From a virus (Duplodnaviria; Caudoviricetes): DNA of 62,041 bases. This document shows, in pieces, positions 39,131 through 48,173 of this stretch. The notes under the pieces were generated by a model. The model was not told the DNA's origin. It did not search any database and saw only the letters and a program-made list of their open reading frames with translations. Numbering within the stretch: the first letter of the stretch is position 1; every line of letters starts with the position of its first letter. The DNA is taken from positions 1-62,041 of the IMG/VR virus record IMGVR_UViG_3300032270_000816; one strand, written 5' to 3'. The translations under genes and the position numbers were made by a program.

Positions 39131-39625
39131 TTATGCTTGAATAGCAGGTTCTGCTTCAGCAGTTTCTTCTACTTGAGACTCCATTATTTCTTCTTTAACT
39201 ACTGCAGATAGTTGCCAATGCCACTTAGAGTGCATGTCAATTCTTTCTGCAAGGAAATTAGCAACACCTTGTTCACGTGCTGCGGAGGCAACATCAAATG
39301 CATCTTTTAGCTTGGCAAGAACTGCATCATTTGATCTTAAAAGGTCTAGTGCCATATCTTCAAACTCTGATGTAACATCTGTTTCTGATACAGTTGAAAG
39401 AGATGTTAAACGGGATAGTTTAAAAGGAGCATATGTGTCTAATCTACGAAGGTTTTCAGCAAATTCATCTGTTGCCTCTTCATAGTCGTTATAAATCATC
39501 TCAAAAAATGTATGTGCTTGTGGAAAATCATCACCCTCAACGTTCCAGTGATAGCCATGGGCTTTAAATTTAAGTGCCACTGTGTCTGCAAGAAGTTCTT
39601 TTAGGGCTGCAATTAGTTGTTCCAT
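39131..39625 (-). CDS. dps: Dps ferritin-like DNA-protection protein
   Basis: HGYHWNVEG..F...H..FE...D..AE and H.K..W.L. Leaderless start. Confidence 0.92.
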   Translation of the reverse strand: MEQLIAALKELLADTVALKFKAHGYHWNVEGDDFPQAHTFFEMIYNDYEEATDEFAENLRRLDTYAPFKLSRLTSLSTVSETDVTSEFEDMALDLLRSNDAVLAKLKDAFDVASAAREQGVANFLAERIDMHSKWHWQLSAVVKEEIMESQVEETAEAEPAIQA

Positions 39626-39663
39626 CTAATCATTGTACCACAATCTATGATAAAATAGATGTT

Positions 39664-40143
39664 ATGGCTGATACATATACCCCGAACGCTGGCATGAAGT
39701 CTGCTGCTAGACGAGCATTAAAATGGAAAGAAGATGGCAAGGCAACAGGCGCAGGAACTCCTGTAGGTTGGGGTAGAGCAACAGATATTGTTAATGGCTC
39801 TGCAATGTCTCTTGATACTGTTAAGCGCATGTACTCATTTTTTTCAAGGCATGAAGTAGATAAAAAAGGAAAAGACTTTAACAACACCTCTAACCCATCT
39901 AATGGTCGTATCATGTGGGATGCTTGGGGTGGAGATGCTGGCTTCTCATGGTCAAGAAAAATAGTTGCAGCACAAAAAGATTTTGATCCATTTGAGGGAA
40001 TCTTTAGTTTTGCTAAGCAAGGACCGTGCTGGGATGGTTATGTTCAAAGAGGAATGAAGCCAGGCAAGAATGGTAAGCCAGTTCCTAATTGTGTTCCAGC
40101 GTCCAAGATGGATAAACTATTTAAAGACTGCTGCCCTGAATAA
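39664..40143 (+). CDS. Hypothetical phage protein (head-maturation-associated-like domain; start ATG 39664)
   Basis: GTPVGWGRA...DTVKRMYSFFSRH...WDAWGGDAG plus CWDGY...GMK...VPNCVP. Confidence 0.6.
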   Translation: MADTYTPNAGMKSAARRALKWKEDGKATGAGTPVGWGRATDIVNGSAMSLDTVKRMYSFFSRHEVDKKGKDFNNTSNPSNGRIMWDAWGGDAGFSWSRKIVAAQKDFDPFEGIFSFAKQGPCWDGYVQRGMKPGKNGKPVPNCVPASKMDKLFKDCCPE

Positions 40144-41554
40144 TCTTAAAGTTATATTCTTTTTCCCATTCAGCAATGTCTTGCTTATCATTTAGTAATG
40201 GCTGACCTTTTATATTTAAGCTTGTATTTAGTAATACGGGTACGCCAGTCTTCAGATAAAACTTATTCAGTACCATCCAAAGACCTCTATGCTGTTCTTT
40301 GTTAACTGTTTGAACTCTTGAAGTACCATCTTCATGAACAACAGAAGGTATCTTTTCTGGCTGCAAACATTTGACTGTATATTGCATATAAGGAGAAGCA
40401 AAGTCCATATCAAACCACTTAGATGCATGCTCTTCCATTACTACTGGAGCAAATGGTCTAAACATTTCTCTTTGTTTAATTAAATTAACCTTATCTTTAA
40501 TGCTTGGATCTCTTGGATCAGCAAGGATACTTCTATTTCCTAATGCTCTTGGACCATACTCTGCTCTTCCGCTTGCAACAGCAACTATTTTATCTTTTAA
40601 TATGCCGTCAACAATTTCTTGAACTGGATATTTACCACCTAAATCATGTCCTAAGTATGGTGTTTTCCATTCAATATGTTTTCCGTACAAGGCTGCAGCA
40701 GCACCTAGCGAACTACCAGCATCACCTGGATTAGGCATGATCCATACTGAATCATATAGTTTCCACAGGTTTGTATTGGCAGAAGAGTTTAGTGCACAAC
40801 CACCCATAAATATCAAATTTTTTTTACCAGTGATCAGCTTTGCCATTCTCATAAACTCCATTAGTCTGGTAGTGTAGACTGCTTGGACTGCTGCTGCTAT
40901 ATCAAACTTATCTTCTTCTGTGATCCATCCCCAGTCATTTATTCCTTTATGAAAGTTATATTTCTGAGTATGATAGTTAGAAAAATATGAATCTACTTTA
41001 TTATAATATTTTTTCCAATCACCGTAAGCAGCCATGCCCATCATAATATATTCTTCTTGGTTTGGCATAAGTCCTATTAATTGGGTAAATGCAGAATAGA
41101 ATAGTCCAAAACTAAAAGGATAGTTTTCTTTATGTTTTAACTTAATCTTATCCCCTTGGCCCACCCAAATTGTGGAGGTATTGTATTCGCCAATAGCATC
41201 AAGAACTACAATAACAGCGTCATTAAAACTACTTGTATAGTAGCCTGCACAAGCATGAGAATAGTGGTGTCCAAAGGACTTCCATGGGGTAGATCCTATC
41301 CTAACTCTTGGCTTCCAGTCCCCAGAGCCACCCTTTAAAAGTAGCCTAGAGGCCTTTAGAAGGGGCTTCTCGTAGTATCCTATACGATCTGGGTAGCCAT
41401 ATTGTAAAGCATCATTAATTAAACTATCATTGATATACCAGTCATTTTTTTGCTTACTATATCTTTCAGAATGTCCTGCAAATAATATTTCCCCATCTTT
41501 AATTAAAGATACAGATGCATCATGTGAGGTTTCGTTAATTCCCAAAATTAACAC
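40121..41554 (-). CDS. Carbamoyltransferase (NodU/CmcH family)
   Basis: HDAS, ERYS..K, HHYSHA, EYIMMGMAAYG, GGCALN, GDAG, EYGPRALGNRS, FRPFAP and LNTSLN. Confidence 0.93.
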   Translation of the reverse strand: MLILGINETSHDASVSLIKDGEILFAGHSERYSKQKNDWYINDSLINDALQYGYPDRIGYYEKPLLKASRLLLKGGSGDWKPRVRIGSTPWKSFGHHYSHACAGYYTSSFNDAVIVVLDAIGEYNTSTIWVGQGDKIKLKHKENYPFSFGLFYSAFTQLIGLMPNQEEYIMMGMAAYGDWKKYYNKVDSYFSNYHTQKYNFHKGINDWGWITEEDKFDIAAAVQAVYTTRLMEFMRMAKLITGKKNLIFMGGCALNSSANTNLWKLYDSVWIMPNPGDAGSSLGAAAALYGKHIEWKTPYLGHDLGGKYPVQEIVDGILKDKIVAVASGRAEYGPRALGNRSILADPRDPSIKDKVNLIKQREMFRPFAPVVMEEHASKWFDMDFASPYMQYTVKCLQPEKIPSVVHEDGTSRVQTVNKEQHRGLWMVLNKFYLKTGVPVLLNTSLNIKGQPLLNDKQDIAEWEKEYNFKIIQGSSL

Positions 41555-41559
41555 TATAG

Positions 41560-42519
41560 TTAATTATCCTTTATTTCATTATATCTTTGCAAAAAATGTT
41601 CAGCAATATGTTGATTTAAGTGAATTCCCCAGTGTCCGTTTCCAATGCCAGGATTGTAATCAGCTGCACGATAGAATAAAAGATGATCTTTTAGTTCTTG
41701 ATGACATTCTGGAATAATGTACCCATTTTCTACCGACTCATGCTTAATATATTCTACTCCGTCTTGACTATCAAACATAAACTCTCTAAAATTAATATAC
41801 AAATAATCTTTTAATGCTTCTGGAACATTTGTTTTTACGTAATCATAAAAGAACTCATCATCCCACATATTCCATATCAGCTTTATGTTATTGGATTTAC
41901 AGTATTGTTGTAACATTTGAATAAAAGTAAAACTATAAAAAAATGCAACTTCTATTGGTAAAACTTCTTCAGGGCTGTGTGGAGATTTTGAAAATTTTTC
42001 TATTTGATTCTCAATAAAAATTTGCTGCATTTGTAATTCATCTTTAAATGCGTTTTCATATAAAAAAAGTTTGCTAACATTTTTTTTAGGAATGTATGGC
42101 ATTTCAAGTCTAGTTGATGGGAATGAAGCTACAATTATTTCAGGGTGACCAAACTCTTCAAAGTATTTAAATGCTTTATAAACTTGAGCTTGAGCGCTGT
42201 CACCAGGTTGAGCTAAGTTTGCGTAAGACTTTCCTGTGCCATCAGCAAAAATTTTAGCCCATGTAAATTTTTGCGGAATTCCTTGTCCAAATGTTTGTGA
42301 GCATCCAAGAACAAGTATTTCTTGATTCAAACCAAATTCATCTGATCTATAGCCGTGAGAGTTTATTTGATATAATATTTTCATTCTTATATCAGATTCT
42401 GGCCAGATGACAGATCTGCCAATGATGCGTGTCTTTTTTATTAAGCTATTCCTTAAGTCTCTATAAAATAAGTCTTTAAATAAAGTTGGTGATTGTACAT
42501 CATAGTCAAAAAATTTCAT
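41560..42519 (-). CDS. SGNH/GDSL-like hydrolase-fold protein
   Basis: INSHGYRS.EF, LGCSQTFG.G, NLAQPG.S and GHWG...N. Confidence 0.6.
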   Translation of the reverse strand: MKFFDYDVQSPTLFKDLFYRDLRNSLIKKTRIIGRSVIWPESDIRMKILYQINSHGYRSDEFGLNQEILVLGCSQTFGQGIPQKFTWAKIFADGTGKSYANLAQPGDSAQAQVYKAFKYFEEFGHPEIIVASFPSTRLEMPYIPKKNVSKLFLYENAFKDELQMQQIFIENQIEKFSKSPHSPEEVLPIEVAFFYSFTFIQMLQQYCKSNNIKLIWNMWDDEFFYDYVKTNVPEALKDYLYINFREFMFDSQDGVEYIKHESVENGYIIPECHQELKDHLLFYRAADYNPGIGNGHWGIHLNQHIAEHFLQRYNEIKDN

Positions 42520-42605
42520 TAATATATAAACCTATCTTTATCTTTTTTTTTAAAAATATTTTTTATTGCATAATAAATTTTATATAAATAATACATAGTT
42601 CTCAT
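42519..42605 (-). CDS. Leaderless 28-aa peptide
   Basis: TATAAT-6nt-ATG. Its stop overlaps the next start. Confidence 0.5.
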   Translation of the reverse strand: MRTMYYLYKIYYAIKNIFKKKDKDRFIY

Positions 42606-42624
42606 AATTCTATTATACCTTAAG

Positions 42625-42696
42625 TGCCCCCGACAGGATTTGAACCTGTGGCCTTCACCTTAGAAGGGTGCTGCTCTTCCGCTGAGCTACGAAGGC
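42625..42696 (-). tRNA. tRNA-Arg(UCU)
   Basis: Cloverleaf, anticodon loop CTTCTAA and GGTTCAAATCC T-arm. No encoded CCA. Confidence 0.92.
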
Positions 42697-42699
42697 TTG

Positions 42700-42772
42700 C
42701 TGGTCTGGCAGGTCACGATCCTGCGACATTCGCATTAACAGTGCGACGCTCTACCAACTGAGCTACAGACCA
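42700..42772 (-). tRNA. tRNA-Asn(GUU)
   Basis: Cloverleaf, loop CTGTTAA, with atypical T-loop ATCGTGA. Confidence 0.88.
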
Positions 42773-42796
42773 ATGTTTGTTATTTAGTTATTTCAG

Positions 42797-42870
42797 TGCA
42801 GCAAGTAGGACTTGAACCTACGATTACCGAATTATGAGTTCGGGGCTTTAACCAACTAAGCTATTGCTGC
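42797..42870 (-). tRNA. tRNA with CAU anticodon (Ile2 or elongator Met)
   Basis: Cloverleaf with loop CTCATAA. G1-C72 is paired, so it is not an initiator. Confidence 0.88.
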
Positions 42871-42894
42871 ATTATAGATTGACTATAATTTTTG

Positions 42895-42965
42895 AGCGGA
42901 TAGCGAGAATTGAACTCGCACATTAACCTTGGCAAGGTTACGCACTACCACTATGCAATATCCGC
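42895..42965 (-). tRNA. tRNA-Gly(GCC)
   Basis: GCGGATA/TATCCGC acceptor, U73 and loop TTGCCAA. Confidence 0.9.
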
Positions 42966-42967
42966 AT

Positions 42968-43372
42968 TTAGTTAATAGAGTTATTATTTTTAATATAATA
43001 ACTTTTCTTATTAATAGACCAGGCAAAATTTAAATTATTTAATTTTGCATAATTAATACACCAAGACAATACCTCCGCAGTATAAGGTATTGTAGATTCA
43101 GTTAATCTTAAATATTTTATTTTGTTTTCTTCTTTGTAATCTAAAATGCAATTTGAATTTTCAGGTTTCATAAAGTCTGGAATATTTTCGTCAGAAATCC
43201 ATGCACACTCATATCTTTTGCATGGCTCCTGTGGCCTTTTTTCATAAATATTACATCCTTTTCCTATTGTAAGATAATAACATGGTTTGCCAAACCCCAT
43301 TTCGTGTCCATTAATATTTCCAGCTAATGTTCCATCACAACATTTTGTGCATGTTCCACATTGTCTAGCCAT
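42968..43372 (-). CDS. YkgJ-like CxxCxxCC metal-cluster protein
   Basis: CGTCTKCC...C..L....C.IYEKRP..C..Y.C.W. Confidence 0.75.
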   Translation of the reverse strand: MARQCGTCTKCCDGTLAGNINGHEMGFGKPCYYLTIGKGCNIYEKRPQEPCKRYECAWISDENIPDFMKPENSNCILDYKEENKIKYLRLTESTIPYTAEVLSWCINYAKLNNLNFAWSINKKSYYIKNNNSIN

Positions 43373-43454
43373 TTATGTCCATTCTTTATCTTTAATATCA
43401 GTATACACCTAAGTGCCTTAGTTGTCAAACTGATCTTTATGATATAATTAAAAA

Positions 43455-44006
43455 ATGAGCATACAAGCAAAATTAGATGATTTAAGAAAAATCTTAGACA
43501 GGGTTATTACTGATAAAGATGATCCACACAACTATATAGCAACCTATGAAGAAGAGATGACTAAAACCAAAGATGTTTCAATTCTTGAAATTGGTGTAGC
43601 ATATGGAGGCTCACTTCTTCTCTGGGACTCTTATTTTGAAAATGCAACTGTGTGCGGAGTTGACCTTTACCCTAAATTTAATGGCATTGTTCCAGATGGA
43701 ATAGAATACCCAGTGCACGTGATTGATTCTATTGACAAAGAGGCATGCGATGCAACCTTTAAAGATGAAACTTTTGATTATATAATTGATGATGGACTTC
43801 ATACAGTTGAAGCTCAGTTAAAAACTTTTGATAATTATTTTTCAAAGTTGAAGTCAGGTGGCAAATACTTCATTGAAGATATTGAATTACCTGAAAATGT
43901 AGTAAAGATAAAAAGGCATTTACTTAAATATGATTATCAGTTTTATGATTTTACATCAATTAGTCAGACACCTGACGATATGATGTTTGTAATTACCAAA
44001 CCTTAA
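43455..44006 (+). CDS. Class I SAM methyltransferase (sugar O-methyltransferase-like)
   Basis: ILEIGVAYGGS, GVD, FDYIIDDGLH and LK.GG.Y.IED. Confidence 0.85.
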   Translation: MSIQAKLDDLRKILDRVITDKDDPHNYIATYEEEMTKTKDVSILEIGVAYGGSLLLWDSYFENATVCGVDLYPKFNGIVPDGIEYPVHVIDSIDKEACDATFKDETFDYIIDDGLHTVEAQLKTFDNYFSKLKSGGKYFIEDIELPENVVKIKRHLLKYDYQFYDFTSISQTPDDMMFVITKP

Positions 44007-44233
44007 TCTTCTGTTTTATCAAATACTTCATTTTTACCTTGAACAATTGCACGACAAGCATCAAATGCTTTACGTGTTCTGCGACTTTTTAGAAATCCTT
44101 TACGTTCCCAAATTTGCTGGGTAAATAAAATATCTTGATCTATTTGAGTTCTAATTTCTTTAACCGTAGTAACAATAAGGTCCATAATGTTATTCTTTTG
44201 TTCATCAGTTAATTCTTCAGTCCAGTCAGCCAT
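44003..44233 (-). CDS. Hypothetical protein (start ATG 44233)
   Basis: GGAG SD. Reads MADWTEEL.... Confidence 0.55.
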   Translation of the reverse strand: MADWTEELTDEQKNNIMDLIVTTVKEIRTQIDQDILFTQQIWERKGFLKSRRTRKAFDACRAIVQGKNEVFDKTED

Positions 44234-44435
44234 CTTTTCTCCAATGCATAAATGATTTAATATATACTGCTGCATATGCTAATGCCATAGCAATAAACCC
44301 ATATTGTTCTGTAGAAAGGGCATAGGCTATCCATAGGCATTCGTTAACGCATAGGATTAGCCACCCCCATATTGTTTTACGCCCTACAAGGAAAATACCT
44401 GTAACGCCAATTGATGCTAAAATCCAAGACCACAT
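44226..44435 (-). CDS. Small PnuC-like membrane protein
   Basis: Three short TMs and GRK..WGW...W..Y...W. Confidence 0.6.
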   Translation of the reverse strand: MWSWILASIGVTGIFLVGRKTIWGWLILCVNECLWIAYALSTEQYGFIAMALAYAAVYIKSFMHWRKDG

Positions 44436-44517
44436 TAGTCTACCTTATATGTCATTGCAATATAGCAAGCAACATAGCCCATTATAAAAGCGGGAATTAA
44501 AAACAAAGCATGTACCA

Positions 44518-44724
44518 TTAGTATCCTCCTAGACACAAATTACGAGTATGATAAAGCCTTGATTTTAAGATTTCTTTTTTACTTGGAGCAAACAGTGTTT
44601 CTTTACAGGCCCCACACTCATGAGACCATTCACCAGAAAAGAAGTCATACTTTGATCCCTTTTGATTTTTATACTTTTTGAGTACAAATGTATCAAATGG
44701 GTCTGGTATTTGAAGGTTTAGCAT
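44518..44724 (-). CDS. Leaderless zinc-binding hypothetical protein
   Basis: CGAC...HTR..C. TATACT-6nt-ATG. Confidence 0.6.
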   Translation of the reverse strand: MLNLQIPDPFDTFVLKKYKNQKGSKYDFFSGEWSHECGACKETLFAPSKKEILKSRLYHTRNLCLGGY

Positions 44725-44792
44725 ATAATCAGTATATCAAACAAACTGCCCCTGGTCAATATGTATATTAAGCTTGATGGTATAATGGATTT

Positions 44793-45449
44793 ATGACTAA
44801 TTTTAATAAAGTGCAGCTACACGAAGATATCTGGTACATTGATGATTTTCTTACACAAGAGGAACTTGCTTGGTTTAAGGTTTGGTGCGACGATCCAAAT
44901 GACTGGTACACAACAATGCGTTCCCCATACAAGAATATATTAAATAAGTTTATTAATGTTGAGCCAAGGTATGATGAAAATGGAAACGTAATGATTCCAG
45001 ACGCTGAATCAGTGACATTGCATTTCCCTATCTTTAATGAAATATGGGATAGACTAGCTTCAGTGCTTCCAAAGACATACAGATCACACGGTACACTGCA
45101 AACTTTTAAGTATATGACAGATGAAGAGATAGAGGCAAGCCTGCAGCCTGGCCTAGACTTTGAAAAGCCACTTAATTTTGCTATGCAGATACATGAAGAT
45201 CCAACAGAAAACGTGAATGCATCATTTAGTCTTTATTTGAATGATGATTTTGAAGGTGGAGAACTAGAGTTTATAGATGTACCCGTTAAGATTGAGCCAA
45301 AAGCTGGCAGATTAGTCGTAATTATTACTAAGTCTAAATTACAGCACAGAGTCAACAAGATTAAGTCTGGAAACTCTAGACACACACTTTATGGAAATTG
45401 CTGGAATGACTCAGATAATATTCCAATGAGTACAGCAGAAGATTGCTAA
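44793..45449 (+). CDS. 2OG-Fe(II) oxygenase (prolyl-4-hydroxylase-like) 1
   Basis: HED, YLNDDFEGGEL.F, HRV and R. Confidence 0.85.
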   Translation: MTNFNKVQLHEDIWYIDDFLTQEELAWFKVWCDDPNDWYTTMRSPYKNILNKFINVEPRYDENGNVMIPDAESVTLHFPIFNEIWDRLASVLPKTYRSHGTLQTFKYMTDEEIEASLQPGLDFEKPLNFAMQIHEDPTENVNASFSLYLNDDFEGGELEFIDVPVKIEPKAGRLVVIITKSKLQHRVNKIKSGNSRHTLYGNCWNDSDNIPMSTAEDC

Positions 45450-45453
45450 TTTT

Positions 45454-46239
45454 TTATGCTGTTAAAGCATAAGAATTTATAATTGACTTTTCGCCAGCAA
45501 TCAATGATTCAATATGACCTGTAATAACAGCATATTCTTCTTCAAAGATTTCAGGTGTTCTAGCCTTATTCAATGTAGCAAAAATTCCTTGAGAAGCAAG
45601 ATCTTCCTTGTATGTACGCTCTACGTCATAGTTTAATGTTGTACAAGCATAATGCTTAACAACAAAACCATCTTTATCAATAAGATACTTTTCAAAGTTG
45701 CAGCACATAAGCGTACCACCATCATGCTCATTAAGCCACTCTGAAATATAATCTTTTTTATCTTCTAGACCAAGCTCTGCTCTTTTTTGACGAACAAGCA
45801 TTGTCTGAGAACAAACTTCTTTATACAAATCATGTGGTGGCTCAAAGTCTTGACCAAGACCATTTTTACCATGACCAACACCATTCCAAGGTGATTCTTT
45901 TGGAACCTCCATTGGGTTTGATGCAATCATTTCTGAGAATGGGAATGTAACACCATAAACTTCTTCGCCATACTTCTTTGAGTCTAGACCACAAGAAATT
46001 CCTTCTGCCCACTTACCCTTGGTAATTTCAGGACCACAGTAGTCATTAGTTGGAATAGCAACAACTGAAAAATCTTCGCCAGCGTACTTCTCTTGGATCC
46101 ACTGAATTGGCTCCATCTGGCCAGCATTTCCACAACCGACTGTTGTGTTAATTAGTAGTACTGCCTTGCCTTTAAACTGCTGAAGGAAGTTAGGTGTTTC
46201 TTCGGCAGAATTCATTTCTATGTCATATATTGATCTCAT
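45454..46239 (-). CDS. Glutathione/thioredoxin peroxidase-family protein (divergent)
   Basis: KGK.VL.IN....CG, IPTN and NFEKYLIDKDG. Confidence 0.75.
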   Translation of the reverse strand: MRSIYDIEMNSAEETPNFLQQFKGKAVLLINTTVGCGNAGQMEPIQWIQEKYAGEDFSVVAIPTNDYCGPEITKGKWAEGISCGLDSKKYGEEVYGVTFPFSEMIASNPMEVPKESPWNGVGHGKNGLGQDFEPPHDLYKEVCSQTMLVRQKRAELGLEDKKDYISEWLNEHDGGTLMCCNFEKYLIDKDGFVVKHYACTTLNYDVERTYKEDLASQGIFATLNKARTPEIFEEEYAVITGHIESLIAGEKSIINSYALTA

Positions 46240-46270
46240 GTTGTTATTATAGCACTAATTTATATTAAAA

Positions 46271-46381
46271 CTATTTATCTTTACTATCTTGCTGTGGTAC
46301 CCAGCTTAATTTGCCATCTTTATATACTGGCCAGTACCCTAGTGAGCGCCAATCCATCTTTGTAATTTTTGGTTCTTTCAT
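46271..46381 (-). CDS. Leaderless 36-aa peptide
   Basis: TGATAGACT-6nt-ATG. Reads MKEPKITKMDWRSLGYWP.... Confidence 0.55.
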   Translation of the reverse strand: MKEPKITKMDWRSLGYWPVYKDGKLSWVPQQDSKDK

Positions 46382-46525
46382 ATATTAAGTCTATCAAAGC
46401 CTCATGGTTTTGTCAACGCTGACGTGGAATATAGTACTTTTCATAACAATCACGGCAATAGACACCAGTCTTAGTTGCCTGAGAACCTTCTGGTTGACCG
46501 CATATAGAACAATTAATACCCGTCA

Positions 46526-46783
46526 TCACTCCTCTTTTCTTTTTACTGGTTCAAGTCTGTCCCAATAACCCTTTTTGCTACCTTGATATGTTTGACCAGT
46601 TTCCCTATCAACTAACATCCATTTTTCAGGAGACCTAGTAACAACCTTTAATTCAACATCGCTATCAACTACATCATAAGTAAAAGCATTGCGTTCTTTA
46701 GGAACACAGTCATTGCAAAGTGTAGCATTCTGCCATATTACTGGATTATCAACATGTTTACGACAAATAGCACACTTACTCAT
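46526..46783 (-). CDS. Hypothetical zinc-finger protein
   Basis: CAIC...CNDC and T.SP.KW.LVD.ETG..Y.G. Confidence 0.6.
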   Translation of the reverse strand: MSKCAICRKHVDNPVIWQNATLCNDCVPKERNAFTYDVVDSDVELKVVTRSPEKWMLVDRETGQTYQGSKKGYWDRLEPVKRKEE

Positions 46784-46827
46784 CTTACTCCCAATCTATA
46801 CTATTAACACTAAGCCAATCAAGATAA

Positions 46828-47058
46828 TTAATGATCATAGCCACAGTTTGCTATGTAAAATGTTCCCCACCTCATGTAAGGTTTGTATAGCCAATTAGAT
46901 AAAATTGCATGGTACTTATACTTAAACCCATAATCATCATGATCACTATGATGCAAAGCCATCATAAGGTTATAAGAGGCAGGCTTTTCACAGAAGTTTG
47001 CAAACCACCTAAGAGGAATAATCTTGGTTTTATGCTGAGGCTCACCAAACTTAATCAC
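46828..47058 (-). CDS. Hypothetical protein
   Basis: ORF in a same-strand mini-gene run, with PLRW.AN...PY..WGT.Y. Confidence 0.5.
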   Translation of the reverse strand: MIKFGEPQHKTKIIPLRWFANFCEKPASYNLMMALHHSDHDDYGFKYKYHAILSNWLYKPYMRWGTFYIANCGYDH

Positions 47059-47122
47059 TTTTTGCGGAACCTAATTAAAACACCAGCAATAACTACTGGT
47101 ATCAAACAAAACAAACACTCCA

Positions 47123-47314
47123 TTACTTACACCAACCACAGTACATAGGCTGTCTAAGGTTTTTGTAATCAACTAAAAGTGGTTTTGAGCAATGAGCACA
47201 TCTAACTTTAGCAAGACCATTATCGTACAGGAATACTTTATACCTGTCAGTGTAATACATCATTGTTATTAGCCACGTTACCGTGCAAAAAAATACTACT
47301 AGCCCCAGTGTCAT
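47123..47314 (-). CDS. Membrane-anchored zinc-ribbon protein
   Basis: GAGGAG SD, TM segment and CAHC...CGWC. Confidence 0.55.
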   Translation of the reverse strand: MTLGLVVFFCTVTWLITMMYYTDRYKVFLYDNGLAKVRCAHCSKPLLVDYKNLRQPMYCGWCK

Positions 47315-47316
47315 TT

Positions 47317-47451
47317 TTACTCCTCAAAACTTATCTGTGATTCCCAAAAATCAAGCTTAAGCTTATTATTGGCATCGTCAACAACATGCTTGCAGATAGT
47401 GCATGCAACTAAACCATCAAGGTCAAGTTCATATATATGTTCACAGTTCAT
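47317..47451 (-). CDS. Leaderless small zinc-binding protein (start ATG 47451)
   Basis: TGGTATACT-6nt-ATG, with CEH...CTIC. Confidence 0.55.
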   Translation of the reverse strand: MNCEHIYELDLDGLVACTICKHVVDDANNKLKLDFWESQISFEE

Positions 47452-47582
47452 TATTCCAGTATACCAAACTCTGGGCAAAAAGTCAAACCTTGCACTTTGG
47501 GCACTGCTTGGTAGGCTCTGCGGTATCGTAATCAACGTCAAAACTGCAACCACAATCAAAACATAATACTTTAGGCATTTTC

Positions 47583-48173
47583 TTATCCACCACTTATTTT
47601 AAATTTTATGCCAATTTTATCTGCAACCCAAGTATTTGACATATATCTTGTTTGATCACCTAAAACTTTTTTTACTCCATGTCTATACTTTGTTGTTCCA
47701 GGATGCATTACTAAGTCACCAGATTTTGGCTTATATTCAATGCCCAACTCTGGATAAAATAACTCTCCACCATCAAACTCATTGTGATAGACTGCAGCAT
47801 TAAATAAAACATAGTCTTCTTTAACATTATCTATTTCTGCAAAATCTGCATGCACAAACATTTCTTCTCCTGGAAGCATTCTGTGTATAGATCCAGGACC
47901 TCCAAAACTGTATTCTTTGGCATACTCAAAAAGTTTTGCAAATCTATCAGATATTTTAAATGAAGTTTGAATCACAGGCATGTCTTGTATTGATAAAAAT
48001 TTTCCTTTATACCAACCATTATTTTCTTTCCACCATTCTTCTTCTTTAGCGGTTTCTGCTACCTGGGTATATTCTTTGCATTCATTCTCAAGTAAAAAAT
48101 TATGAATGACCCAAATGTTTTCTTCTATTTTTTCAAAATTAGGATGATTAAAAATTAATGTTGTATCTTTCAA
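47583..48173 (-). CDS. 2OG-Fe(II) oxygenase 2
   Basis: HAD, GGELFYP, PKSGDLV, HGV and RY. Confidence 0.85.
   Translation of the reverse strand: MKDTTLIFNHPNFEKIEENIWVIHNFLLENECKEYTQVAETAKEEEWWKENNGWYKGKFLSIQDMPVIQTSFKISDRFAKLFEYAKEYSFGGPGSIHRMLPGEEMFVHADFAEIDNVKEDYVLFNAAVYHNEFDGGELFYPELGIEYKPKSGDLVMHPGTTKYRHGVKKVLGDQTRYMSNTWVADKIGIKFKISGG

Noticed and set aside
42700-42772. tRNA-Asn as a pseudogene because of its ATCGTGA T-loop
   Set aside because: All stems pair and the identity elements are intact. T-loop variants occur in phage tRNAs.
45454-46239. Selenocysteine in the GPx-like gene, or genome-wide stop-codon recoding
   Set aside because: The active-site codon is Cys, long genes are intact in the standard code with all three stops used, and no suppressor tRNA was found.
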